Assembly: GCA_030704615.1 (NCBI GenBank)
Contig: CM060733.1
Coordinates: 13,144,001 to 13,208,000, forward strand
Direction of reading: 5' to 3'
Length of the DNA stretch: 64,000 nucleotides
Source: Takakia lepidozioides
Lineage: Eukaryota > Plantae > Bryophyta
The position numbers were made by a program, and so were the translations under genes. Positions 13,036 through 26,000 of the stretch are shown piece after piece (position 1 is the stretch's first letter; each line of letters begins with the position of its first letter). The notes beneath the pieces are model-generated. The model did no database searches. It saw only the letters and a list, made by a program, of their open reading frames with translations, and was not told the origin of the DNA.

Positions 13036-13249
13036 GTCAGCCCTTCTATACATTGGGGTATGCTATTTCGGGATGTCTCTTCCTTCTCTCTAATGTTTTC
13101 GATTCAAGGGCATGTTGTTCAACATGATGGCAGCCAATGGGATCCTCGTTGCCCCACAATCTGCTCACACTCACTTCACAGTGCCACATTACTGTTCTGT
13201 TTCCTTGCTTACATGTATTGTGCAGTGACATAATGCCCAATACTGAAGC

Positions 13250-13905
13250 CTAGGACTGTTTCAACAAGTATATGTTGACAAGCACTGGTAACTGGGGTAT
13301 TTCAATGTAGCTCCCTACATGCAACACATGCCTACATTGCATATACAAGCAAGCCAGGAACTGCATGTAAAGGAAATTGGTAACACCCCGCACATACCAT
13401 TCCATGCAACAATCGTAAATGGGCACAATGCACACCCCAGTGCAATCAGCCTTCCTCGCAATCACATGAATGTTATTGTGTTGGTGCCAGTGTGGCAATT
13501 GGTCTCTCAGCAATGATATTGAATATAATTCGTGCCAAGCACATGTGCTCTACACGCCACGAGGTCCAGTGTGTTGCACAATGGTGAATCAACGAAGTGT
13601 AGGGTTCTCTATGCATGCCATTCGGATTTCCATAGTGATACATACACAGAGGGCACCTGATATCAGGCTCGGAAATAAACTCCATAACGGCACGATGGTT
13701 GTCTATAATGCGCACCAACCGTGATTGCACCAACATACGAAATTCGGGACGTTGTGGTCCATACATTTCCATGTCTATGGCACAATGTTTGAACACATGG
13801 GCCTCTCCATCCCCCCATCTCTCTTTGCCGTTGTCTTTCATTCAAACACATGAAAGGATTGAATATGATGATGTTTCCCCTCCTCGTATACCTGCTCTCC
13901 TCCAT
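13250..13905 (-). pseudogene. Orphan ORF with a CxxC...H...H motif resembling a zf-XS zinc finger
   Basis: IRCPLCMYHYGNPNGMHREPYTSLIHHCATHWTSWRVEHMCLARII in ORF 13473-13841, with frameshifts and stops on either side. Confidence 0.4.
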
Positions 13906-14707
13906 CTTCACCGAAGCCTGTGCACTTCTCTACAACAATGGTGCCCATCAACCAAAAAAAAATAACTGTTCAAATGTCCTTTCATACTTCGGCCCCAATT
14001 TGTATCCATCCCTATCTCCCAAGGAATATACACTTCTTCTACTTCATCCACTTATGTGTTATGATTTCAGGGTGCACAAATGCAAGCCTACCTTGCCACC
14101 ATCATGGGAGCTGCAAAATCATTCCTTCTGAATTTACATACTTCCCATGTGACCTGTATGTAGAAGGGTAAGTGACACATAAGAAACGTCCCTTCCCTTC
14201 TGCTAATTGCTTTAGGCCAATTGAATGTAATCTTGAAGGTATCACCCCAGGTAAGGAAGATTACGAAAGCAAACAATATTATGCATAAATGCCTATTGGT
14301 TTCATATGCAATTAATGAAATCTTAGCAAGTTCTGTGTGAACATATGGATGGCTGTGGATTGAAGGGTGCCTTTACCAACTGTCAGGTACCCTTCATAAT
14401 TGAATTTCACTTCACCCACAGCCCTCTTGAAGTTGGGGGACAAACACATGCAATCAGACCACACCATGCTTGCTTCAGCAACATTTGTTCAGATCTTCAG
14501 CATGGAACATGCACATTTGCATGCAACCCCTTATGCACTTCTGGTGCAAACGAGGCAGTACTGAATGACCAAGCAGTTCCTCTAGTTCAGCAATACTTAT
14601 GAACTGCCCCACAAACTCCAGCCTCAGTTTTTAAAAGAGCAAACACATGCACTCAATTGGATCCCCACCTTAAACCGCCGACCGTGTCTTCTATGAAGCA
14701 TTATCAA

Positions 14708-15407
14708 TTACTTCTCAGATTTTGGCGTGGACGATCCTGCCCCACCTACAAGCAAAGCTGAGAGGGCTGGACTGACTCTAAGAGCACCCAAGTCCTGCAC
14801 CAGCTCATCCATGGCAGAAGTCTCATTGATGTCGGTTTTGTCAATCAAAAAAGCAGTAGTGGGAGTGAGCCCCAACGACCAACTAACACTATGCTCTCCT
14901 CTCTCAACCCTATACTGCTTCTTTAGTCGCACTGTAAAGCTACCCTTCACCATCACGTTAGTTTTTATACCAACGAGGGTCTTCTTCGGGTCCACAATGG
15001 GGACCTTGGATTAGGAACCCGGTCTCGTCTGCCTCCACAATGTTGAAGATCTTCTGAGGACTCCGCAGGTTCACCTCCAACCACAAGTACTCCCCAGAAA
15101 TCCGAGCCTTCGTGGTTGTGTCCACATGAAATCCTTTTGCCTGTGCAGCACATACAATCACATCCCAAATACACAAAGGAACCCCCATAGTAACATATTG
15201 CATAGCATATGACTTTGGGGCATTCGGCTTGTACAACAACACTATTCCTTCCAGACACACTGATTTCTCCATGTTGGAACCAAACAAAATGTTTGCAACG
15301 ACAGTGCGTGTCCCTGCCAATCGCGGTTGCAGCATATCCGAGATATCGCAGGGATCTTCAATGGCAACTTCAATAAGACTGCCATTCGTACCTGAATAGT
15401 ATGCCAT
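14708..15407 (-). pseudogene. Orphan cargo ORF (~230 aa, frameshift near 15000)
   Basis: MAYYSGTNGSLIEVAIEDP...LWLEVNLRSP (ORF 14958-15476) continues in the 14708-14995 frame (VMVKGSFTVRLKK...WSLGLTPT). Intronless, beta-rich pattern. Confidence 0.55.
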
Positions 15408-17453
15408 GACCTGAGTTTGTAATGACTGATTTTGAGAACTAAAGAAACTAAACATATGCCGCTTCCCATGTTTCACTGTTTTTTGGGGCTTTCAGGCAGA
15501 TGGTCACATAAACAGCTGTTCTGAGTGCAAGAGTCGGAATATTATCGGATGGCGCGAAGGCTATAACCTATGCAGCCTTAAGAAAAGAAGAGGAGGAAAA
15601 TGCAACCTCACTTTCTCAAACATCACAGACATTCAGTTCATGAAATGCACTCAATTCCGATTCTCACCGGCAGCAACAACTGGATTATGTTTCGCAACAA
15701 AGATCAACCTCGTCGATTGCCGCTCCACATGAAGGCGAAGCAACCAAGCTCCATATGACACATTTTCTCCACAATACTCGTGTAAACAGACACTGCATCA
15801 TCACAACAGGGACCGTAAGAAGATGAACTTGCAACTGAGCAGAGTACACAATGATCTGCGATGGTTCTGTGGACATACCAACGCCATTAGCCATAATATT
15901 GTCCAACTGAAACAGCCTCCACAGGTACAGTCAAGCACACCTTCCTCTTACGCGCCAAAACAACATGAGGTTTGAGGAGGAGACAGACGGATGATGATCT
16001 GCGGATGAAAAGGCAACTGAGAAAAGAATGGATGGACAATCATGTGTAACCGTGCATGCACACATATTTCATCCGTCGATGGGATGAACAGCGGCAGAAC
16101 ATGAGGGTTGAGGATGATAGTGTCGGATGATGGTTGGCGGATGAAAAGACAACTGACAGAAGAATGGATGAAACTTCATGTGTAACCGTGCAGACGTTAC
16201 AGACTTCATCGTTCCATGGGATGTACATCGGCGATCCAAATGGGGTATTCGAGAAAACAGTTGTTCCCATATCTACCTTCATTGGAGTCTTTCTTTCACA
16301 GAATTCAGGACTTATGCCTCCAGACTTATGCCTCCAGACATGAGGTCACAGTGTCACACGATTATATCCACGGTCTGTACCATTTTCTGAACCATGGTTC
16401 TCACAGTTATGTTCTCAATGGTGATTTGTTATGCTTCAATTTCGCACCAGGTCCTGTTGCTGGTAAAATATGTAAATTGTAACCTGGCATGGACATTCTA
16501 TTCCGTGACACACAAGCCAACCCAACCCCATGCAGACTAAGATTGTCGAAGTCTTCGCCACTCCCTCTCATATGCAAAATAAGAGACTACAGATTGAATT
16601 GAGTAACACTACAACAGGTTATGCTCACAAAACCTCAATGCATCTGGTGTTTTAGGGTTCCTGTTCATACTGCCACTTGCATTCATATTGGGCCATATAC
16701 AATGTTGCAAATTCATTCCGTATGGGTTACTGATATCGTGTTGGAATGGTAGCGTCATGCTGCAAATCTGACATGTTGTTACACATGAATTGCACAAGAG
16801 CAGGACAAGCTAGAGTCTGAAAAACCTACGTGTATCTTCAAATTGGTTGTTTTCTGAGAACTGTGACGAGCATTCACATTAGCGCTTCTAGAATGTTGAG
16901 CACAAGAGGAACGATGTATTCATTGTGTATGTGTACATAACAACATTTTACAAAGCTAGGTTCATTCTCCAGCGACAAAGACTTTACTTAACCTCAATTG
17001 AATAAGATGAGAAGAAGTGAAGCTGATAAATCCGACAGGGGGATGACTACACAGAACGGATGGCTGACAAACGAATGCAAATGCCATGTGTAATAGTGCA
17101 GCCGTTACACAGTGCAACCCTCGATGGGATATACATAGGTGCTTTTTCTGCTGGTGGGGAGTTCACGTTTGTCCCACCGAGACCTTGTGGAAGAGCAAGT
17201 TGAAAAATTGAATATAAGCACAGGGTCATTCTGTGTTTCATGTGATTCATCATTGTTTTTCTTCACATCATCTCTTTCAAGAGGGAGTATCAGGAAGTTC
17301 TGTTGTTATCTTAGGGTTACCCAAGTCGTCTCCTGTATACATTGTTTTCCTGGTATTCTTCTAAGAAAGTCATAGTTCTTTGGAGTCATCTTCTCCACAC
17401 ACTATAGTACTTACATATTATGAGGAGACTACTCTATCAAGTTGAGGGTTGCA

Positions 17454-17933
17454 ATGGGATTTGGGGCGGGTGTAGCTTTCAGGCTCCGCAAGATTTATGC
17501 AGGATTTGAAGAATTGCCAGCCCATATTCCCCATGAGGTCATCTTGCGCCTTCTTGAAAAGGTGCAAACGGAAGAGGGGCAGGACAAAGTGTGGGTTTAC
17601 AAAATCCAAGGAGGAGTCAGGACAATGACAGTCCACATGGGCGACCTGAAGTGTTTCTACACAATGGATGAAAAGGAGCAAGGAGCTGTGGTTTTGTGCC
17701 ATGTGATGTTAGGTTTCGTGGACAGGCTTGTGTTGAAGACCTGGCACCACACAACCAGCCGCTATGAAGGGGAGGGTGTTGTGGATTGGGGGTACCATGT
17801 AGATATAGAAGAGGGATGGGTACAAGAGTTTCTGGAACTCATCCCAGAAAGTAAGAGGGGCATAATAGTCGTAGACCCCTCTAAGGGGTTTTTGGAGGAT
17901 GAGGTTCGCAGCTATGCAGGACTGAATGGTTAG
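17454..17933 (+). CDS. Orphan ~159-aa ORF inside the MULE
   Basis: Uninterrupted ORF MGFGAGVAFRLRK...RSYAGLNG with globular-protein-like composition. No family recognised. Confidence 0.45.
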   Translation: MGFGAGVAFRLRKIYAGFEELPAHIPHEVILRLLEKVQTEEGQDKVWVYKIQGGVRTMTVHMGDLKCFYTMDEKEQGAVVLCHVMLGFVDRLVLKTWHHTTSRYEGEGVVDWGYHVDIEEGWVQEFLELIPESKRGIIVVDPSKGFLEDEVRSYAGLNG

Positions 17934-18978
17934 TGATTGTAAGACTTTTCATTGACGACCTGGTACTTGCAGAATTCATTGCACCAAACTCTCGCTTTGT
18001 GCCTCCCTATTTCGGGGTTTGTACATGAAAGTCGGCTTCAGACATATAGTACATACATGTTGTAACAATTACTTCTCTCAGAGTTGGTATGAGTTGAAGA
18101 CTCTTGGTTCAAGCTTTCCTTCATTCCTCTAGAAAGTCCTTCACACATGCATGAATCTGCTGAGTGTGACCCGCCCAGCAATCAGACCCCAACATGGCCA
18201 GGGCTTAAGGCTTGGTCTCCGCATCCATTCTTGGGCAAAAGAAGAGGCGATAGACCTACCTTCGTGAGGGGTTCAGTCCAGTTGTGGGACTTATGTTGGT
18301 AGACAAAATTGGTTTAGGAGATTGTTGCAGCTTTCTCATTCCTCTAGAAAGTCCTTCATACATGCATCAACCTGCCGGGGGTGACCTGCAGCTGACCAAG
18401 TTTTACCCAGCCCCCTTCCAACGGACCGGCCAGACTACGCTAGATGATGTGAGATTGTATGCTGTCCCACCACTGTTAACACCACCAGACCAAACCCATA
18501 CTACCTTCTCATATAGAGGACCCTCTTGCTCATCTTCAATTTGCAGTCTGCCCTCCCTGTTCCCTAGCTTCTACGCCCCCTCTCCCTGCAGCTTACAACA
18601 TCCTTGGACGCTGCTGCCCACACATTCAACCACCCACCCAGGTTCCACAACACCTCTAGCTCATGTATCTCTACCCTCCTTCTCACTCTCTCTCTCTACT
18701 AGCTACCTGTTTCAACCAGTGGTCATGTGGTAGCTAAATTGGTTGCATGGCCCTCTTGCCTGGGGCAAGCCCATGATCCCTCCTAATGCTGTATCGCTGC
18801 CCCCACAGCTCCCACTGCTTCACACCCATATAGATACCACATCATTTGCCACCCCCCCTCTTGGAAATTTGGGCTGCTCCATCCATTCTTGCATCCATTC
18901 TTGGGCAGAATAGGAAAGAGGGACTGAAGCGAACTTGCAAAACAAAGCAGAAAACGTGCACTGACGGTCAGAAATGTG

Positions 18979-21900
18979 CTACCTGTAAGAAGAATAAGAC
19001 ACAATTGTGGGAAGCAAAGGACCGCAGAAAGGTAGACAATGAATAAATAATACTTTCTGTAGCCAATTGTATCCAATGTCACAACGCTTTGCCGACTTTC
19101 CTAGCTCGTTTACACCGTCTGCGTGTGAGGGGAGCTGGAGTGGTGGGCACAGGGAGGATAGGGCTGCTGCAATCTCCAACTTTGCGTGGGGTTTTGGGCA
19201 CTGCATATGGAGGCTCGTGCGATGGGTGATCGTCAAAATCATGTCTTGAAGTTCATATCTTTTCTTGCGCACGGCCTCAGTAGGGAACCAGTCTGATGTG
19301 AGCTGCAAAGAAAGAAGAACAAAGAATGCAAAAGCAAACAATGAACAAGCAATGATCATTGTTAGAAATTCATACAATTTTTGTAAGGATATTCATGTTC
19401 ATTCTACCTGATACATGGATTCAGCACATTGCGCGAGCACATGAACGTCCACAACTAAAACAGGCAGCAAATGATCATGTAAACCACGAGCAGCTGCCTC
19501 TTACCGGGCCTGCACCACCAGGTTGTGGATTCAAGTACGTTTGCACTAAGTACAGCTCAATGTAATGAGCTACAAACAGACCACACTGCCATGAGTTGGC
19601 CTGCTATGGAACAGACAGGCAGAACCACCGCTTGAGGTCAGTCGCATCCTTCCACTGGGGGCTTCCTGGGCTGATTCCTCTGACCATGGCCCAGAAAGTA
19701 GCAAACAATGGCTTGAAAGCACGGTACTTGTGCAAACTTCTTATGCTATTCAAGTGAAGGTAGCGAGAGGTTCCAAGATAACCAGACTCCAATGGTCACT
19801 GCACAGGGGGGCAACAACAGCAGGTTAGTCCATATGTAGCAATGGAGCACGGCCTTCTTCAAAGGTACGGCAACAAAAAGGTATAAATGCATACACATTG
19901 TACTCACTTGCATAAAATTGGCACAATAAGGGCTTCAACACCCTCACTCCTGAAGAAGGGGAACCGTCTTTGCATCCAAATCCACACAGAGTCGACTTGA
20001 TTTGCCTGCTTTGCACAATGATCGCGAAGGCATATCCATGTGAAACTATCTACAACACGGATTTTATTGCACACATGTTCAGGAAGAGAAAGTATTTTAA
20101 CTGACACCCATAAGTCCATCAGACGGTCACTAATCCACCCCCTTGCAGAGAACAAGTCATCTGCATCTTCTAGTCTAAGAGGAACTTGCAAAACCCGAGA
20201 GCCCTTCAAAAACCATATGTCATGTGTTTTTGCCACCACTGCACCACTGGCCCGCCTGCAAAAAAGGCACATACCTCATTGCTATGAGAATCCGCCCACA
20301 TAATTATGCACATGCGGGCCACTTGCAAACCGTGGATGGAAGGTATACCATATCATGCATGAAAAAGGGTGCACAGGCGTCGCAACTCACAATACATTTT
20401 CGAGGCCTTCATGTATCCTGCACATCCAAGAGCCCAATATGTCAATGCATGTGCAACGTCGTACATACACCATTTCCAATCTGGAAAAAAAACCACAATG
20501 GCACTGGATACCTGGACATGGTTTTGTTGTGCTGCAATGCAAGTGCTGGTTGGGGCAATGCATCCTTTGCCTTGGCAGCAACCATGGTATGGATGTGCTT
20601 GGGTTTGGCAAAGGTGGCAGTGGTTGCATTTTTATTCAATGCCCGAACGCTGCCATGTACATCACCATGAAATCGTGTAGTAGCCTTTGTACTGTGAGGT
20701 GTATCAGCACCATCAAACAAGATTTGGTAAGGTCGCATGGGTGAAGGCAGTGCGAGAACCATCGCATTGGGGGTGGGAGGCTCTGTCCCATGTTTAAGCA
20801 CTGAGGTAGCTGGGGTAACGGAAGATCCAACAGTGCTTACTACACGTACAATAGCACCCTCATCAGTGGGACATCGCATATTAAGGGGTGGTGGACTTTG
20901 GAACTCAGTTATGTCATAGAGGGTTTGTTCTGAAGTGAAAGAGGCCACAGGGGGAGGCGGTCGACACAATCCAGGAAATACCTGAGTGGCGCTTAGTTCC
21001 ATTTCAAGTTGAGTCATGGGACCTGGTTGTGGGCACTGTATGTCGCCACAAGTTTCTTCAGCAGGCAGGATCGTTTGGGCCTGAGGGAGGACATGATTCG
21101 ACAGCACATGTTCTACCACGACATTGTTGGCCTCATCAGAAGGTGTGGAATTGGCCGCGAATGGTGTGGAATTGGCCGATGTTGGTGTGCAGGCTGTCTT
21201 GACTACGGGGAATCCAGCCTACATGACAAACTTGAGGCTGCCTGACAAATCCTCTATGAGGTTCACATTGAGAGGCTCGCAAGGGATGAGGCACGTTTCT
21301 GCAATGCCAAGTGTGGACATAAGGAGGCGGCTGTCCTTGAACCGCAGTCAAGCGCACTCGTTCACCTGAGTACAAATACGAACTAACATTTTAGCGGCCA
21401 AAATGAGTGCCCCCATGTTCGTATTTGTACTCAGGTGAATGAGTGCGCTTGACTGCGGTTCAAGGACAACCGCCTCCTTATGTCCACACTTGGCATTGCA
21501 GAAACGTGCCTCATCCCTTGCGAGCCTCTCAATGTGGACCTCATGGAGGATTTGTCGGGCAGCCTCAAGTTTGTCATGTAGGCTGGATTCCCCGTAGTCA
21601 AGACAGCCTGCACACCAACATCGGCATTGTGAAAATGTGGCCGTGACAAGAAATGAAATGAGAACAACACCAGGGACATTGTTAAGAACCACCAGGAACT
21701 GAAATGCAGTAGCATGAACCGTGGTAAGGGCAATACACACCTAGTGGACAAGGAAGCCAGCCCATGTCGACATCCTCCCAATGCTTCAAAATTTTGTTGA
21801 AGTCCTTCAAGGCTTTTTTCTTGCCCCCTGCACCATCAGTTGGTATACTCCCACACCACAATATTCTGAAGGCAATAGGATTCAGAACGGCGAGGTCATG

Positions 21901-22420
21901 CACAGCCCTGCATTGGACCTCACGCATGAAACAATGCAGATCTTCAAAAAGGTGTTCGCAGTCCTCTTTCCGCACTCCCCGAAGGGCTGCAAGCCCTTCA
22001 CGCACCTGGGTTCGGGCTTCCTCGTATGGGGGCATGCGTCCATACAAGAAGTATCCAATCTGCAGGAAATTCTCACCCGCATTTGTAATGGCACACTGGC
22101 CATCTTCTGTGTTGAGAAGATGATTTCGGAGAGTTAACAAGATGGAGTTTCGGGGAATTGACATAGGTTTCATGTTGTGAACGTGAGACATCCAAACCAG
22201 ACGGAACACCCTGCTGAAAAGTGGAATGTTTGGAGGTGGAGCGTGGTGGCGAGCAGCCTCAAGAATGACCATCAACCTATCAGATTCATCCTCATAATGT
22301 GTGAACATATCGGGGGGCAACTCAGGGATCTCACTTGCTGCAACAATTTGGTACAGAGGGGACCAACCCCAGATTCCCTCCTGTTTCTCATCATATTGTT
22401 CTCTATCCCATTTTGCCATG
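18979..22420 (-). pseudogene. 3' part of a large spliced gene ending in a Ulp1/peptidase C48 SUMO-protease domain
   Basis: RGWISDRLMDLWV...IRVVDSFTW...ALIVPILC (19904-20272), then DHWSLVIL / YLHLNS (~19795-19745), VP*QANSWQCGLFVAHYI (~19610-19560) and final exon DWFPTEAVRKKRYELQDMI. These match the His/Asp/Gln/Cys motifs of Ulp1. Contains stops and frameshifts. Confidence 0.85.
21175..21625. repeat. Near-perfect 209-bp inverted duplication (hairpin) with 33-nt loop
   Basis: 21175-21383 is the reverse complement of 21417-21625 with few mismatches, also visible as mirror ORFs in the ORF track. Confidence 0.95.
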
Positions 22421-23022
22421 TTGTCGTCAACAACGACGCAATGGCGTGAGCGTTGCACGTGAGCGCGCGAGCGTACACTCACGCAGGAGTGACGTGGCGT
22501 GAGCGTCATGTCAGCATGCTGATGTGGCGGTAAATGATGACATGGCACTGTCCGTCAACTGCCACGTCAGCATTAACATGCGCCGCCTATAACCGTGGAT
22601 GGTCCTATGACCGTGGAATTAATGCAGGGAATCTTGCCTAAATAGAATCAAGACGAGCGTTGAGGCCTACAATTGCAGCATCCAACATTGTGCAATTACA
22701 AATGCTTGTTTCACTTTTACAATTACGAAGACGACAAAATATCCTCACAAAGTGTACGCCATAAAGGCTGCCACGAGAAGACTTCCTCCCTCCTCAAATA
22801 ACAATGAGAGTTATGATCATCTTCAAAAGATGATTGTAGTGCATAGCGACAGCAAGACATGTAGACTTCGAACGGTGCAATGACAAATGTGCACTACCTA
22901 AAAGTTGTCACTCAGACCTCACTCCGTATAGTTGGAGGCCATATCATTGCACAGCCGACGAATTGATGTGAATTACACATTTCAAATCATGGTCATCCAC
23001 ATACCACATTACATAGTTCATG

Positions 23023-26000
23023 TTACCCATGTGTTGTATCCCGCTGCAAAAGAGTATCGACCTCGTTGAAACTCATAGTGGCCTGGTGAATGAAGTTGTC
23101 ACGTTTGGGATCGCAAACCATCCTCCTCAAAAATATGAAATACAAATGTTTGCAGGGTATGAATTTACCTCTCTTGCCCAAACTGGTTGATAGCATATTC
23201 ACAAAATCAGGACATGTGCAATTGGGGAAATTGGAAACCGTGATGTCGTAGGTCCTGTCATGAACAGCAGATGTGGAAGTGATGATTGTGAATACCCGAC
23301 CATATCCTGGATCGGGTACTTCCGTGGTGCTTCCAACACGAGCTTGGAGCATTCTTGCGGACTCCACTTTGCCAAAGTGTTCAGTGGTTGGAGGGAAACG
23401 CCGAACGAGCTTTCCATCTCGTTTGGTTGGCCACAAGTCAGGATTTGCCGGGGGGACCCGGGAGGACGCAGAAGTAGTAGCACATGCATGGAGTTGGGGT
23501 TGTCTCGCAAGGGAAAAACCTGCCTCCTCCAGCATTTCAATCTCCTGAAAGCTGAGATGTGTTCCCACCTTCATGGGCCAAACGGTTGGAGGAGTTGGCT
23601 GCATCACTACGGAAGGACGCACAGTTCCATGCACACATCTGGCACAATCATCTGCGCAGAACCAGAACTTGTGGTTCTTGGCTTCTGGTTGACCGTATGG
23701 ACGCATCAAGCCCGTGAAAGTCGGAGCAGGAGTTCGGGCACCACCTCTGGATATAGATGAAGTGCACTTCTCGAAATTAGTTGCCCTGATCGCTGTACAT
23801 TTCACACGAGACCCGACACTTGTGCATTCTATGTGCCAAACGTGGTCGGGGCATGCGGACTCAAGCACATCAAGGGGGTTGTTTCTCTCCTGCACCATTT
23901 CAGTGGCACGGTTTGATGCTGGAGCTTGCCGTCGTGTTGGAGGTTCCTCCACAATGGAGGTTCCGGACATGGAGCTGTCATGCAGGGGAACACGAGGCTT
24001 CAAGAAGTTATCACGGTCTGCCCTGTGGGAATCTGAATCCGAACCAGGTGGAGTGTTCAATTTCCTCTTACAGGAGCCGAATCTCTCCTCCCCTTCAAGA
24101 TGTGGAACTCTAGAAACAAGTGGCGTTCCCTGGGCATACATGCTCACCGCCCGTGCTATCTTGATTGGATCCCCAGATCTGTTTGCAGCACGCAACATCA
24201 ACTCCCATTTGTCCGGACCCTTGCCACCAACCCCACCTCGTAAGAAATCACGGTATCGGGTTTGTTGTTGCAAGGCACGTATCAAATCATCTGTTGTTGC
24301 CACATACAAATCCCGACCTCGTTTCCCAGACTGCTGCAACCATGCATTGTGCACAGTTTCTGCCAAATTGCAAGATGGCATGTCCGCCATTTCCTCAATG
24401 GATATGTTCTGCAAAGAGGATAACCACACTTCAGAATAGTGCACAGGAAACAACATAAAGAAAGCAATGAGTCAAAAATATGGAAAGCAAATGTATGAAT
24501 AAAGCATGAAATAGAAGCCTCGTACCATTGTCATGGCTGCTCCCCACTGTCTATACCGGAAGTGCCAAAACGCCAGCCAATCTTCCAATGCTCTCATACT
24601 CTCAAGTGATGCAGCTCCAGAAGAGAACCACCAGGCACGAATTGTCTGGAACAAAGTGTCCGCCTCCTTCATTGTTCTAGCATCTTTGTACTCTTTGCAC
24701 AATTTACGGTGCTGAGTCTGCATCTCTGGTTTGATGTCCGACTTTGTATGTTTTTCCAGAGATTGTGTCCAATGGAATAGACATGTACGCTCTCTTCCTG
24801 GCATAGGCACTTTTGGGTCGCCCGATCCGAAGACAATACGAACAGCATTGAAATTTGCTTGAGCACTATCCGCCATGAAACCTGCGAAATTGGAGATGGC
24901 AGCCCATGGCAGCCCATGACACGTAACAGGGAATTCCACATGAGCTTCTGGGATTCCATATCCTCGGATTGCATGTCACAAACTGCAATTGTCATAACTC
25001 GTTGGTACACTGGATCGTAGACATGACAAGCCATTGTCGTCCAATCCTTCACTCGTTTCACATGATCAAACATAAGAAAACAGTTCTGTAAGTCCCAGTC
25101 TTCTGCATCCGCTTCACGAGGCTAACCCCACTGCCCTCCCCAACAGTCGACATTTTGAAAAGAAAAACTTTGATAGCACCTTGACCTGGGAATACATTGT
25201 CCTGGATGTAATCGTACTTGCTCACTCGTTTCAATTCCAAAATATTGTCTATGTAGCCTCTGATCCCAGAGCCCATTCTCAATGCATTGATCTGATGCCG
25301 AATGTTAGGTGAACTTAAAGTGGAGAAATGATCCATGACCAGGTCCAATGCTGCACGTCAAGTTTAGTCCCCACAGAATCTCCTTCACTCAAAATATGGC
25401 TTTCCAAGAAGGACTTGCTTGCGCCAAGAGCAATTGCAGATGTTGTTGCGGATGGGTTTCTCCCGAACTTCTGTTTGATCAACCTCGATACTGTCTCAAC
25501 ACTCTCCCTGTAATCCCCCTTCGAGACAGGATGGTTATGGAATCCAAAATGCACACAAGCTCTCGTCATTGTATTCAAACGGTGGACAACATAGTACATT
25601 CTTGCTCCGCAGAGCGCCAAGCAGGATGGCACAAGTTTGCAGAATTTGCAGACGAAAGTGTTTGCCGGTGGAGGGCAGTCCCAGGCTGAAAATGGATTCC
25701 GCCAGACCCTCCCATTCGCTTTGATTATGAACCCCAGACTGAAGAAAGTGTCTGCAATTCAAATTATCACACCTAAGGTGTCCATTGCAAACTGTCCTCC
25801 TGAAAACAAGCTTGTCATCATTCTGATATTGGATGTTTTTGTTCTGCACCACAGGTGCCCGTCGTGTTTCTTGTCCAATTCCAGCATCATGATTGTTACA
25901 CCACCAACTCTCGGAGGAGGAGGCAGCTCGAATAGGATATCGCCATCAAAATCTCCGGCAAGAATTCACAGGCACCTGCTTCAAAGATTCCCAATCAATT

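Noticed and set aside
23714-24439. 241-aa plus-strand ORF (also 25637-26317, 44225-44899 and many similar)
   Set aside because: These are antisense or off-frame shadows of the transposase or phosphorylase sequence with no recognisable domains.
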